64,000 bases of DNA from Blepharisma stoltei ATCC 30299 (lineage: Eukaryota > Protista > Ciliophora): assembly GCA_965603825.1 (NCBI GenBank), contig CBFDEM010000011.1:930001-994000 (forward strand). Direction: 5' to 3'. Shown piece by piece: positions 1 to 12,640 of the stretch (positions are counted from its first letter, which is position 1; the number at the start of each line of letters is the position of its first letter). Under the pieces are notes generated by a model. That model did not search any database. It was not told where the DNA came from and saw nothing but the letters and a program-made list of their open reading frames with translations. The translations under genes were made by a program, and so were the position numbers.

Positions 1-1
1 A

Positions 2-85
2 TTAGAAGAATCAAATGATCCTTATAAATTAAAACTCTATGATAGGGAGCCTAGTCTTCATATTGGATGGGATAATGATTTTTAA
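2..85 (+). CDS. Possible 3' end of an upstream gene (partial)
   Basis: Open frame LEESNDPYKLKLYDREPSLHIGWDNDF-TAA from the window edge, followed by very AT-rich sequence. Confidence 0.35.
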   Translation, partial: LEESNDPYKLKLYDREPSLHIGWDNDF

Positions 86-386
86 TATATTCATATATTT
101 TTATATTTTTACTCATAAAGAAGCTTTGTTATAAAAATTATACAAGTCATACATTAAAATCTTTGCATAGAAATAAAATCTAGGGAATATATTTTTAGCT
201 GTCTGAAAATTTATTTTTTCCTTTTAATTATTTTTTTAATAATTTGAAGGGCTTAATAATTTTGTGAAATCTTTTTAATTTCAACTCAATTTTATGTATT
301 AGACACTTACAAATATTTAATATCAACTACGATGCTGCAGCAAGGCTAGAGAATAAATCACAAGCCAATTGTTAATGTCCCAATAA

Positions 387-749
387 ATGGTAGGAGGACT
401 AGTTCCAAAATTCCAGACTTATGTCTTGAACAGCTTTAGTTGGCCACCCATGATGAGAAAGCTTTTAATCCATCCCGCAGGGCCTTTTACAATACACTTT
501 TGGTGCCCATGGGCCAAATGGGCAATAGTTGTTGCGAATATTGCTGATTTGAAAGTTCCGGCTGAGAACATCTCAACAGTTCAACAAGGTGTAATCATGC
601 TTACAGGTCTAGTATGAACAAGGTATTCTACCCAAGTTAAACCATTCAATGTAAACTTGATGTTGGTCAATTTTTTCATGGCTTGCTCAGCAATTTACCA
701 GATCAGCAGAAAACTCAGGTTGAATAACTCGAAGCCAAGCTCGGCTTAG
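387..749 (+). CDS. MPC2: Mitochondrial pyruvate carrier, MPC2-like (copy A), 120 aa
   Basis: HPAGPFTIHFWCPWAKW motif. Reading TGA 615-617 as Trp gives GLVWTRYSTQVKPFNVNLMLVNFF, the MPC family C-terminal half. Ends TAG 747-749. Confidence 0.9.
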
Positions 750-1254
750 TCAATTTAATTGATTTAAATTATGAAATTAAGCTATTTGATTAAGGATGAC
801 TCGCATCTCTTTATTTATTAGATGGTTAATTACTCAAAGATTTAGGCATTGTATTAAATTTTTTAATGCATCTTTAGAAATTGCACCATAATAAATAAAT
901 TATTAGCATTGCCTGTTTTCTTCATGCTGAGAGATAATAAATGCATTTAGTAATGGAATTGGAGAAAACGTTAAATATAAATCTATATCTTAAAATATTT
1001 AGTATATTATTGCTTTATTTCAGCTAAAATTGAGATTCAATATAATTAAATATAAAATTCTGCTAATATAAAATATAAGTTTTATAATCTCTAAGTCATT
1101 AAGACAAGAAAATATTTAATATCAAAAATTTATTTGTGAAGAAAAGATTCAAAATTTAAAGCTATCTAGTTAATGATCAAATTAATATAATACCTAAGAT
1201 AAAGTAATTTTTAGAGCCACATTTCACTCAGATGAGGTAATAATATATCGATAA

Positions 1255-1611
1255 ATGGTTGGAGGACTTGTTCCAAAACTTCAAGCTTACGTTTTAGCCC
1301 GCTTTAATTGGCCACCAACAATGAGAACCATATTACAACACCCTGCAGGACCTTTTACAATACACTTCTGGTGTGCATGGATTAAATGGGGAATTGTAGT
1401 TGCAAACATTGCTGACTTAAAAGTTCCAGCTGAAAATATTTCAGCAAATCAACAATTTGTATTAATTCTTTCTGGAGCAACATGGACTAAATGATGCACC
1501 CAAGTTACCCCTTTCAACGCTAATCTGATGGCTTGCAACTTTTTCATGACATGCTCAGCAATTTACCAGATGTCAAGAAAACTCAGAGCTAGTTATTCGA
1601 AGTCAAAATAA
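1255..1611 (+). CDS. MPC2: Mitochondrial pyruvate carrier, MPC2-like (copy B), 118 aa
   Basis: Collinear paralog of 387-749. TGA 1492-1494 read through; ends TAA 1609-1611. Confidence 0.9.
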
Positions 1612-2525
1612 ATTAAATGAGTCATTAATCCAATTAATTAGCCTCAATAATTTTCAACTGAGAAATATACTTATATAGTGATTCAGCTTTAAATGCTCTA
1701 ATAGTTTTATATTTAAAATTAATTTATAAAAAGACTGACTTTTATTGTTTTGAATTTAATTTTTGATTTTTTCGCAGTGATTTTCGATCTTAATAATCAT
1801 ATCTATTCGATTTTTAAGAATTCTTGAAATCATATATACAATTTTCTCGCAAAACCTTTTGAATTTCTATCCTTATTTTTACTTTTGATAAATATTAATT
1901 TCATAATTTTTCTTTGTCTTATTTTTTAAATAAGCAAAATAATATTAAACGGATTTAAAAATTGTGCTATTGACTTTATTTTGTTAAATCGCTTGAAAAA
2001 TTTATATTTAGAAGCCATTTCTATTTTCGAGATTTTCCATTTGCATCTATTTAAGTGACTATTTATTAAGTCATGGAAATAATGAAATATGGTAATCAAT
2101 CATATAATCTCAATTCTTCAAAATTAAAGCCGAAAATGCCCTTAGAGAGCTGAAATGATGAATAATTTTATCCTCTACTTTAAATCTTTATTTAAAGTTA
2201 TTTTTTTAATATAATCAATCTCCTAAATTTAAAATTGGTAGCTTTTATTTAAAAGCTACTTATTTTTTTATCATTAAGAATTTTAATTTCATCAAAGAAA
2301 ATTTAAGAAATTGCCAGCTCTTCCTTAAAAATACATAGAGTGTAACTGCAATTGAAAAAATCAAAAATAAAACACTTTGATTTTTCTTCTCTTCTAGACT
2401 TAATCTCTCTAGTGTGATGCTTTTAAGAGATAAAATATTTAAGTTGTGCTTTCTTTTTATCTTCGAAGCTCTAGAAGTAAGCCATTTATTCGGAAAGCTG
2501 ATATCGACTTTACTGACATTATTTA

Positions 2526-3284
2526 ATGTGCAGATTGAATCAAAGTTGCAGAGCTGCAGATGGCCAGTGCGTTTGTCCTTACCTCTGTCAAATTTCAAAA
2601 ATAAAAAATTATTCAGCAGAAGTTCCATTTTCGCCTCAAATTTTGTCTTTATTCACTCAAGCAATGTGCCAGCAGGCAGAAATCATAGTTCTCTTGTCAA
2701 ACCAGACAAAGATCACAAATGAAAAATTAAGCGAAATTTCTAATGAATTAAAAGATTTAAAACGTCCAAGTAGCAATGTGTCTGTAATTATTCCAGATGA
2801 TAACTCCACAAGTAACGAAGAATTACTATCTGTTATAAGCGGAAATACCACGAATTTTAGGTATAGAATTTCCTTGCTCAGCACTATTCCACGCCCTGTA
2901 TATAAGGAGCGGGCATTTTGCCTTGTGTCAAAATTAGTGGATTTACAAGGAAACGAAGTTACGCTGCAAACGCCAGTGCGTTTCAAGATTATGCTATTTA
3001 CTACAGAAAGACCAGCAAAACTCTTGATAAACAACACATCAGGTGACAAAGTAATGAGGGGTACAACTGAAGTGGAAGCAGATTCTCTGATCACTTTTAA
3101 TAATGTTGTTATCAAGGAAGTCACATCACACTTTAGACATGGGTGCGTTTTCTTGGTGGTCGCACCTATAGATGCAAGCTTTATTCAGCCTTTGATTATT
3201 GGAAACGTTGTCATTAAAGCGAGAAAGGTGATTAATGAAGGAAATCCTCGAAAGATTCCAAAACACTCGGAGGATGAAATTTAA
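2526..3284 (+). CDS. Hypothetical protein (Cys-rich N-terminus, short coiled coil, beta-rich C-terminal domain, basic tail)
   Basis: 252-aa ATG-TAA ORF with coding-like composition; no family confidently recognised. Confidence 0.7.
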   Translation: MCRLNQSCRAADGQCVCPYLCQISKIKNYSAEVPFSPQILSLFTQAMCQQAEIIVLLSNQTKITNEKLSEISNELKDLKRPSSNVSVIIPDDNSTSNEELLSVISGNTTNFRYRISLLSTIPRPVYKERAFCLVSKLVDLQGNEVTLQTPVRFKIMLFTTERPAKLLINNTSGDKVMRGTTEVEADSLITFNNVVIKEVTSHFRHGCVFLVVAPIDASFIQPLIIGNVVIKARKVINEGNPRKIPKHSEDEI

Positions 3285-3572
3285 ACCTAATGAACATAAT
3301 ATAAATAGACTATTAAGCTGCAATTGCTGATGATAAATTAAATTTGTTGATTTGATCTTTTTCTCTAAAATTCACTGTAGCATATAGATTTATCAGGTAT
3401 CATTTTTGTCATACCATTTGTGAAATGTTTAACAGAGTATATTAAGCATTCATTTAGCATAAAAGCAAATAAGAATTTACTTAGTTATTTTCACAAGCAA
3501 TATTAGTAATGGAAAAATTATACGATAACACGTTAAGTGCTTTATGAAATTTTTCTTTAGATGATTTTTTAG

Positions 3573-5306
3573 CTATATTATCTCCCAAGATAATTCGGCT
3601 ACATCTTTGCTGATATCAATTTCTCCTTCTTCGAGCCAGTCGCTTTTTAGTAAATCTTCAATAGTCATTCTTCCTTTAGGATTTTTATCTAGCAGCGATC
3701 TGATGATATCTTTTGCCTCTGAACTGATACCTTCCCAATGTTCTCCAATCATTTCTATATCTTTGTTTATTATTCTTGATGCTATTTCTTGATCACTTTT
3801 CCCATAGAATGGCATTTTCCCTGCAAGAAGAATAAAAGCAGTTACTCCTAAACTCCAGGCATCAGGAGAGTGTCTATAAGGGATTGTTGAAAGGACTTCT
3901 GGAGAAGCGTATTTTAAGGTACCAACTGACTCAATGGAATTTTGACCTGGGCCTAGCATGCAGCTTAAGCCAAAATCAATGATTTTTACTCGAATACCTC
4001 CACCACCATTTGGAGCTCTTTGGACAAGGACATTTTCAAGCTTGATATCTCTATGAATTATTCCATGAGAATGCAAATATTGAAGAGCACTTGCGATTTC
4101 TTTTATTATTTGTTTAGCTGCATTTTCCTCAATCCTGAAATTCCTTTTCTTCATCCAATTGAACAGAGTGCCTCCAGAAATATAATCGGTGACAATATAA
4201 AGCATATCAGCAGTCTCATAGATATCTTTAAGTTCTAAAAGACCTTCATGCTTACAAAGCTTGAGAATCCCAATTTCACGACGAAGACGAGTTTCAGCAA
4301 GATCGTCAAGAGGAGCTTTTGAAATAATTTTGACAGCGAAGATTTTCCCATTATGCTTAGATAGGGCAAGTCTTACGTCACCATGAGCTCCCTTTCCAAT
4401 TTGATCAAGGATTTCATAGTCATCATAAAAATTTTTGAAACAATTAGCTTGCTTGATTGTTTGGATTCACTCGTCTCGTTGCTCAAGTGAGAATGTGCTG
4501 ATTTCATAGCGGAATTTTGAGTTCCGAAGTACAAAGCCCAAAGGACCATTCTCTTCGACAAAGAGATCTTTAATAAGGATGATTCCAGTTGGGTTTGAAA
4601 TATCTTCTTTGAGAGTTGAGTAATACAAGCTTTGGTTTTTCAGCTGAAAATAATAAGTTCTCCCTTTGAAACCTAGCATTCCTTCAGTGATTTCTAAGTG
4701 GGATTCACAGACAAGTCGATTGGGAAGTAAGCACTCATCAACGATTATTGGAAGCGCGTTTGAGATGCATTGAAGAACGAGCTCACCGATTTCACTATGA
4801 GTTAAAATTAATTCTTTAAACTCCTCCAATTGAATAAACTCTTTTCCATCAAAGAGCTCTTTTATTTTTTCTTTTAAATTTCAATGAACCACCAGCTTTT
4901 TTTGGCACTTTGAGCAAGTCGTCGGAAGGTAAGAAATTATAAAGAGGATTCCTTCTGATGTGATTTCGCCATTTTTACTAAAATCGAATATTTTGAATAA
5001 TAGCTCAGCTTTACTCTCTATTGTCCCTTTATAAAGAGTCAGCATGCCTCTTAAGAATTCTTTTATATCAATTCGGCCATCTCCATTCCTGTCTAAAGCA
5101 CTGAAAAGTTGCTCACCTAACAGCCCTGGGAGCTCAGTAAATCGTAAAAATCCGTCTCTATCTATGCCAGGATCAAGAAGGGCACATCGGCTAGAAAGCT
5201 CTTTGAAGATTTTTTTGAGCCTTCTGCGCTCTCTTTTGTTGCCTTCCTTTGCAGATAACTTTTGAATAGCGCATTTTGTTAATAATGCGGAAGCCGTACG
5301 ACACAT
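3573..5306 (-). CDS. CDPK7-like kinase: N-terminal EF-hands, PH domain, C-terminal CAMK-group kinase, 577 aa
   Basis: Three track ORFs share one frame, joined by TGA=Trp at 4881 and 4467. EF-hand DRNGDGRIDIKE, PH-like segment ending RDEW, and kinase motifs IGKGAHG, AVK, HRDIKLEN, DFG, SPE. Ends TAG. Confidence 0.9.
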
Positions 5307-6362
5307 ATTTATTAATGGTTATTACTTTAATTATAAATGCTTTATTATTATAAAAATAAATTAAAATCAGAATTTGTGAATTTAAAGTAAATTCGAATTT
5401 TCCAGAAAATTAGAAGGCTTATTATAATTAATTAGATTAACACTAAAACGCATAATAAATGGAAAATGATTCTGGATTTAATAAAGTATTTGTTGACAGA
5501 AAATAATTTTTCTGAACAGCTTTACTTTTATAAATAGGAGTGGTTAGGCAGTTTGATTCATAAAATTTTGACTTCTATTCTGAGTAATAGGCTGATTTTT
5601 ACTTAATTCTAAAATTGATTTTTAATTAAGTTATCCTGAAAATTGAGAAAATTTTTTTTGGTCTCACAAAAAATAATTGTTAAGATATTAAATTTCAGAA
5701 ATTTGGAAATTTAATTTTAATAAGAACTAATTATAAAATTTAAAAGAACATCCTGAAGAAGTACTTGTATAAATTAGCGAAACTAATTACTCGCCAGAAA
5801 AAATGACATAAGACTAATCATGTCAAGATCATTACCCAAGAGCAGAATTTGATAATATTCTATTAAAAAATAAATCTGTTCATTAATGATTTTAAAGATG
5901 AATGACTATTACGCCAGATAGTTATTAATATACATTCTTTTGGCAGATATATGCCAAAAACAAATACAAACCTACACCCTCATCCTCTTATTTGCACCCC
6001 ACTTCCAATCTTTTTCTTAAATTGTATCCCTTGCATCTCTTTTTGATAAGCAAGGTTAAGATTGCAATATTTTTAAAGTAAAAAATAATCTTTTATTTTG
6101 TCCTTAAAGTTTATGTCACTGTATGATTGTTTAATTTTTCTTAAAATGGCAAGAATTAGTTGACAAATATTGAGCAATATCCTAAACCCAATAATCATTT
6201 ATAAGCATTTAGTTTAAAAAAATATTTATCGGTTCTTTCCAAAATACCTATCATTTTTTTTAAATTATTTTTTACTTATTTTACTTCTAGGTTTCAATAT
6301 TCAGTTTGGTCGAATACTTGATATTAGCAATGACCTCCAAGCCTAATTACTAAATTAATAAA

Positions 6363-9300
6363 ATGAGAAATAATCCTGAGTCAAAATACTATGAAGTCCA
6401 AGAAAATACTTTGAATGCCTTTCATAAGTGTAGAACAGACGATCTAACGAATCAATTTTTCCGAAGAAATCCAAGATCAAGGGCAAATTCATCAATCTCG
6501 AATTTAGATATAATTGATATAGAAAATGCATCTCGTAATGATAGCAGGCGGTCCTCTGGAAATTTTTTGCAAGTAATTCATGATTCAAGCCAGCAAGCTT
6601 CATTTTCTGAAGTCTCAAGAGAGGATTTTCATAAGCAGATAACTGCATTAGAGCAATCCTTTCACAAGCAATTTCATAAAGAATTTACACAAAATCTATT
6701 CACATCGATGGAAACACTTAGGACTTTAAAATCATTAGCAATGAACCCGGACAACATGAACTTTGATGATCAAGCATTATTAAAAGGATATATAAAAATA
6801 CGCGAACAGAATCCGTTTGAATATATTGAAAACATTCGTGATAAGTTTCCATTAATTCTTTTAAGAAAAGCGCTGCTACGTATTAAAGCTTCAATTGCTC
6901 AGCTTTGTAATATAATCGTCTCAAACCCAATTTTCGAAGTTTTAATTGTACTCGTAATATTATCAAATGCAGTGGTTTTAGCAGTCGAAAATCCCATTTC
7001 AAATAACAATTCTTCAATCCTAACTACGATGGATACTTTATTCCTATATATCTATACATCTGAATGCGCTATGAAATTAATCGGAAAAGGAGTTATTTTT
7101 ACAAAAGAGGCTTATTTTAAAGACCCGTGAAATATCCTTGACTTCGTTATTGTTGCTACGGCTTGGGCATCATATTATGCGAATCAAGGAGTAAATTTGA
7201 GCGCTTTGCGATCTCTCAGAATTTTGCGTCCTTTGAAGACAATTTCTTCAATTCAGGGTTTACGAGTTCTATTTTTAGCTTTTTTTGGGTCTCTACTCCC
7301 TCTTCTGAATATTTTGGCTATTCTATTCTTTTTTCTTTTGATATTTGCGATTGGCGGGGTGCAGCTATTTATGGGATTATTTAAATACTCATGCATAAAT
7401 TCAGAAACAGGGCAATACCTATATCCAAAAAGCACTGAGCAAGTATGTGGGGCTCTAACATGTCCTTTAGGCTATTATTGTGTAAATAGTTTGAACAACC
7501 CTCTTTATGGTATGATGAATTTTGATAATGTGATATTTTCTTGATTGCAATGCTTTACTGCAATAACAGAGGAAAGCTGAGCTCATATGATGATCATTGG
7601 AGAAAAATCACTGTCACAGCCAATATCAATTATTTTTTTTGTGTCTTTGGTTTCACTAGGAAGTTTTTTAATGCTTAGCTTAATAGAAGTTATTTTATAT
7701 TCGAATTTTTCTCGTGAAATGGAAAAGGTTAGGGTTAAACAGTCAGCAAAAGAAATTATAGAGGAAGAATCAGCTGACTCTTCTGTGATAGAAAATTTAG
7801 GCATTGGTCAAGATTCACCTCTTATAATTGATGAGGAAAATGGGTTTCCCGAGCATATAGTAAACGATCCTGGAGATAGCTTATTTTATAAAAATCCAGG
7901 AAATAATGAAGAAAATAAAAATATTGTGAAAAATGAAGGATATCAGGGGCTTGCAGATGACGAACATAAAAATGAAACATTTGGACCATCAGTCCACGAT
8001 CCTATGTCAAAAAGCTTAAAAATCAATCTTAACTTGGTAGAAGATTTAAGTAACGAAGAAATCTCCCAAGAAATAGATGAGCCTAATGAAAATGAACTAG
8101 TACCTTTATCAAGGCATCAAAGTATTGACGCATCTCCTCGAAGTTCTCACGAATATGAAGAAAGAAATGTAAAAGGGCTTATCCAGCTAAGATTAATTCC
8201 AACCCGAAGAGAGAGCATTAATTTTTTAAGGCAAAACTCTTCAATTGAAGACTATGAAAGCTCTGTGAGCCTAAGCAAGCTCCCATTATTAAACCAAAGT
8301 GTTGAAAACACTGTTTTAGTTACAGATTCAAAAGATAAAACAATAGTCAATGACAATAAAACAGACTATGATAAAAGGAGGTCAATTACTACCAAAATTA
8401 GTTCTTTGGCAACAAATAATATTAGGGAACAACGAAGAACTTCAGTTGACAGCACAGTTTTTCCAATGATTAATAGAGTAAAAAATATCAAAATAAGAAA
8501 GGATTTGCTTCGACGAATGAAGCATGGCGAGCATCGAGCCAAAGTAAAAATTTCAGTTGATGAGCATTATGAAGTGGAGATGACGTCATTGAATGATGTA
8601 ATTCCAAAAGAACCCAAAAAATCAACTCACCAGAATCCTTTTGCTGTATATAGATTCTCGTATAGAGGGGGAAAAAATGTTTTAGCTGACTTAGAAAAAT
8701 TAACCCAGCGCTGGGATAACAAGATTTGTGATATTTTAGATAAATACAAGAATAAAGGCGATAAAACAGAGATATTTAGATTTTTGTGTAAAAAATACAA
8801 AATTAAAGAATCTTTTTACATGGTCTCATTACATGTAGAAAAAATTGTTAAAAAAATTCGTGAGTATGATAGAATTACTCAAGACGTAAAAGGAGATTGA
8901 TCAGGATATGATGTATATAAAGAAGGCCCGATTAAATCACAAGAATATAAAGATGAGCTTGATAAGATGAATTACATAATTTGGAGTTCCGGGATATGAG
9001 GGAAAATGCAGAAAATAAAATATCCTTTGTTTGTTCTAATGAAGAGCAAACTTTTTAATTTCATTATGGTGCTTTGTGTTGTTGCTAATACAGCAGTTTT
9101 GTCAAGCAATTATTATGGAATTGATGAAGGGACTGACGCTATTTTGACAAAATTTAATACTGCGTTTGCATATGTTTTTGTAGCTGATATGTTCTTGAAA
9201 GTAATTGGTCTTGGCATAAAAGAGTACTGCAGGGATAAAATGAATTATTTTGATGCAATAGTAAGCATTTTTGGGTTGCTTGAAATAATATTCTCGAGCT

Positions 9301-12300
9301 CTGGGTCAACAATTAGTGTGCTAAGGGCAATAAAAGTGTTGAGGAATTTGCGAGTAATAAGAGTTGTTAGAATGTTTAGATATTTACAATCAATGTCACA
9401 TATAATTAACAAGCTCTCAAAAAATATCGGCAACTTATTTTATTTGCTGCTTTTTGTTATGCTTTTTTTATTGATTTTTACTATCATTGGGATCCAAATT
9501 TTTTCAGGGAAGCTTAATTTTAAAGAAAACTACTACAAATATAATTTCGATAATTTCCATTTTTCTTTTTTATCAATTTTTCAAATAATGACAGAAGAAA
9601 ACTGGAATATAATTGAAGTCGCTGTAATGCGCTCTCAGCAAGGATATATTTCAGTTATATTTCCTTGCATATGACTAGTGTTAGGAAATTATATCCTACT
9701 TAATTTATTTTTGGCGCTTGTGCTAGAAATGTTTGCAAATGAAGAACCTGACGATTATCTATCGACAGTGCACTTATCGCCTGCTAATTCAAAGAGCAAA
9801 AGCTTTTTGTCTTCGATTTCGTCAAGGACTAAAAAGAGGAAAGAGCAAAAAATGAAAATGATTGAGGCATTAAATCTAAGTGAGAGCGGAGAATGAAGCA
9901 AAACTTTGGAAGACTTGAGAAGAGCAAGTGTAAGGAGAAAGGAAAGAACTTTTTATGTTGGAATTGAATGCGAAAAAAGCTTTTATCTTTTTACCAAAAC
10001 AAATCGATTCAGGCTATTTTGCCACAGATTATCAAGTAGTCAAAGTTTTGAAAATTTTATATTAGTTATGATATCTTTAAGCACAATTTCCTTGATTTGA
10101 GATACTTATTTAATTGATCTCCCAGAAAATGACCCAAAAGTCGAAGTTTCAGGTTTTTTTGATATAATTTTTATAACGGTATTTGGATTAGAAATGATAA
10201 TAAAGCAGGTCTCAATGGGTGTCCTTTTTGATAAAGGGTCCTACTTAAGAAACTCTTGATGCCAATTAGATCTGTGCATTTTATTATTATCAATCACTGA
10301 CCAATGTCTATCAACTGTAAATATTTCATTTATACGTGTTCTAAGACTTTTAAGAACTTTACGGCCATTGAGAATTATTAGTCATAATGTTTCAATGAAA
10401 ATAATGATAAATGCCCTCGTAGAATCTTTAGTTTCTGTATTTAATGTAGCTATTGTCATGCTGGTTTGCTGATTGATTTTTGCCATCCTTGGTGTTTCTT
10501 TATTTGCTGGAACGCTGTACAGCTGTGAAAACCCTAATATCGAAAATCAAGTTGATTGTGAAAAAAACGGATATAACTGGACTGTCTTTGACTTTAACTT
10601 TGATAATGTTTTGGAAGCCATGGTTTCTTTATTTGTTTTAACTTCCCAAGAAAGTTGAACAGATTATATGTATGCTGGCTGCTCAGCTTATGAGCCAGGC
10701 CACGCTCCTATAGTTAATTATAATCCGGGCGCTGCTTATTATTTTGTAGTCCATATGTTTATTTCTTCAATATTTTTTATCAATTTATTATCTGGTGTAA
10801 TTTTCGAAAAATTCAACGACGCCAAAAGAAATGAAAGCTCTTTAGCTGCGCTTATTTTAACAAAGGACCAAATGCTCTGAGTGGAAATTCAATCCTTAAT
10901 AGCTCAATCAAAGCCTCAATTAGACACCCCACAAAAGCCCAAAAATAAATTTCAAATATTCTTTTACGTGATTTCAACACATTGGATTTTTGAATCATTC
11001 ATTCTTGTTTGCATCATATTGAATTTCATACAAATGTCATTATATTACGATGAAGCCTCAGACACTTATAATTATGTGCTAGAAATATTTAACTTTATAT
11101 TCACTTCTATTTTTATAGTAGAAGCAGTAATTAAAATATCAGGCTCAGGGATCAATTATTTCAAAGACAGGTGAAATAGATTTGATTTTCTAGTCGCTTG
11201 TGTTTCGATAGCGGATTTAATAATGGAATATATTGTGAATAATGGAAATAAGTATATGAAAATTGCTCCCCAGTTGGTAAGGGCATTAAGAGTTATAAGG
11301 GTAACACGAGTTATTAGGCTAATCAAAAGGTTCCAATCTCTTCAAGATTTAATTACGCTCTTGTCTTATTCGATCCCTTCTATTATGAACGTGACAGCAA
11401 TATTGTTGCTTATTTATATAATTTATGCGATTTTAGGTGTTTATCTCTTCCATTCGATTGACAGTGGCCAAAATTTCGATTCTTACAATAACATGCACAA
11501 TTTTGACAAAGCCTTGGTTAAACTATTTAGACACTCCACTGGTGAAGACTGGCCATTAGCTATGTTTGATTGTGCTCACTCTTCAGGTAAAATTGTATCA
11601 TATTTGTATTGGATATCCTTTATTTCTTTAACAACATTTATTCTTTTGAATGTTTTTGTGATGGTGATTATCCAAAATTACAATGATTTTAAAACTGATG
11701 CTAAAAGTGTAGTTGCGATATTTAATAATGATGTAAAAATTTTTAAGAAAATTTGATCATTATTGACAGTTACAGATTTAGGGTTAAGAATGCACTATAA
11801 ATTTTTAGTTGAGTTTATGTATAGGCTAGGCGAAGAATTAGGAGTTCCTATGTATTACCCACATGAAAAAGTCATTAAATTATTATCAATTATGGATTTA
11901 GATATAGATGCTGATGGATATGTATATTACAACGATATGCTCTTTGCTGTCATGAAAAGAAAGCACACAAGAGAATTAATTAAAAATTTGGATGAAAGAT
12001 CTAGAAAATTGATAAGAAAAGAAGAAAATTCAACATGGAAAAAATTAAGCCAAATAAAAGAAAAATCAATGTCTCATTTTTATAGTGAAGCTCATGTAAG
12101 AAATATATAGAAAAACAAGCTGAAAAAAATGAAAAAGACAAACCTGTTTTTTGCCATGATTTATGCAAAAAGTGTGTTTAAAAGCTGAAAAAACTATACT
12201 ATGAAAAAAAGAAATAAAATATCCGGATCGGTTAGTATTACACCATTGTTTTCAGAAGTAGTGTATCCTGGAGAAAATTCTATAAGCTCTATTAATGATC

Positions 12301-12341
12301 TTAGTAGCGAGGATAATCAAATAGGCAACATAGGAGAATAA
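6363..12341 (+). CDS. Four-domain voltage-gated Ca2+/Na+ channel alpha subunit, paralog 1 (~1,987 aa; one 15-nt intron)
   Basis: All fragments lie in one frame, separated by TGA. Four S4 helices (e.g. LRSLRILRPLK); pore loops TEESW, TEENW, SQESW, TGEDW. Intron 12096-12110; stop TAA 12339-12341. Confidence 0.93.
12096..12110 (+). other. 15-nt spliceosomal intron
   Basis: gtaagaaatatatag. Removes an in-frame TAG and restores the KTNLFFAMIYAK match to the paralogs. Confidence 0.88.
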
Positions 12342-12640
12342 AATGAAGCGTTAGAATTAAATGTAAATCGTAATTAAAATATGTATTATAATAAATATTT
12401 GTTTAATGCTATTTTTTAAATAAGAAATTCACCCCTATAAAAATTTACTTAAAGCGTTTTGCCCTGCCAAATATTGACTAAATCCTAATCATTAATCTTA
12501 ATTTATATTAATTTTTATCCAAAATCTTAGTATTTGTAGCCAACTCTTGAGCCTAAAAAATTATGCTTTGCAAAATTAAAAATAATTCGAATAAGCTAAT
12601 AAGTTACCTAATTTAAATAATATATCATCCTTTAGTTATA

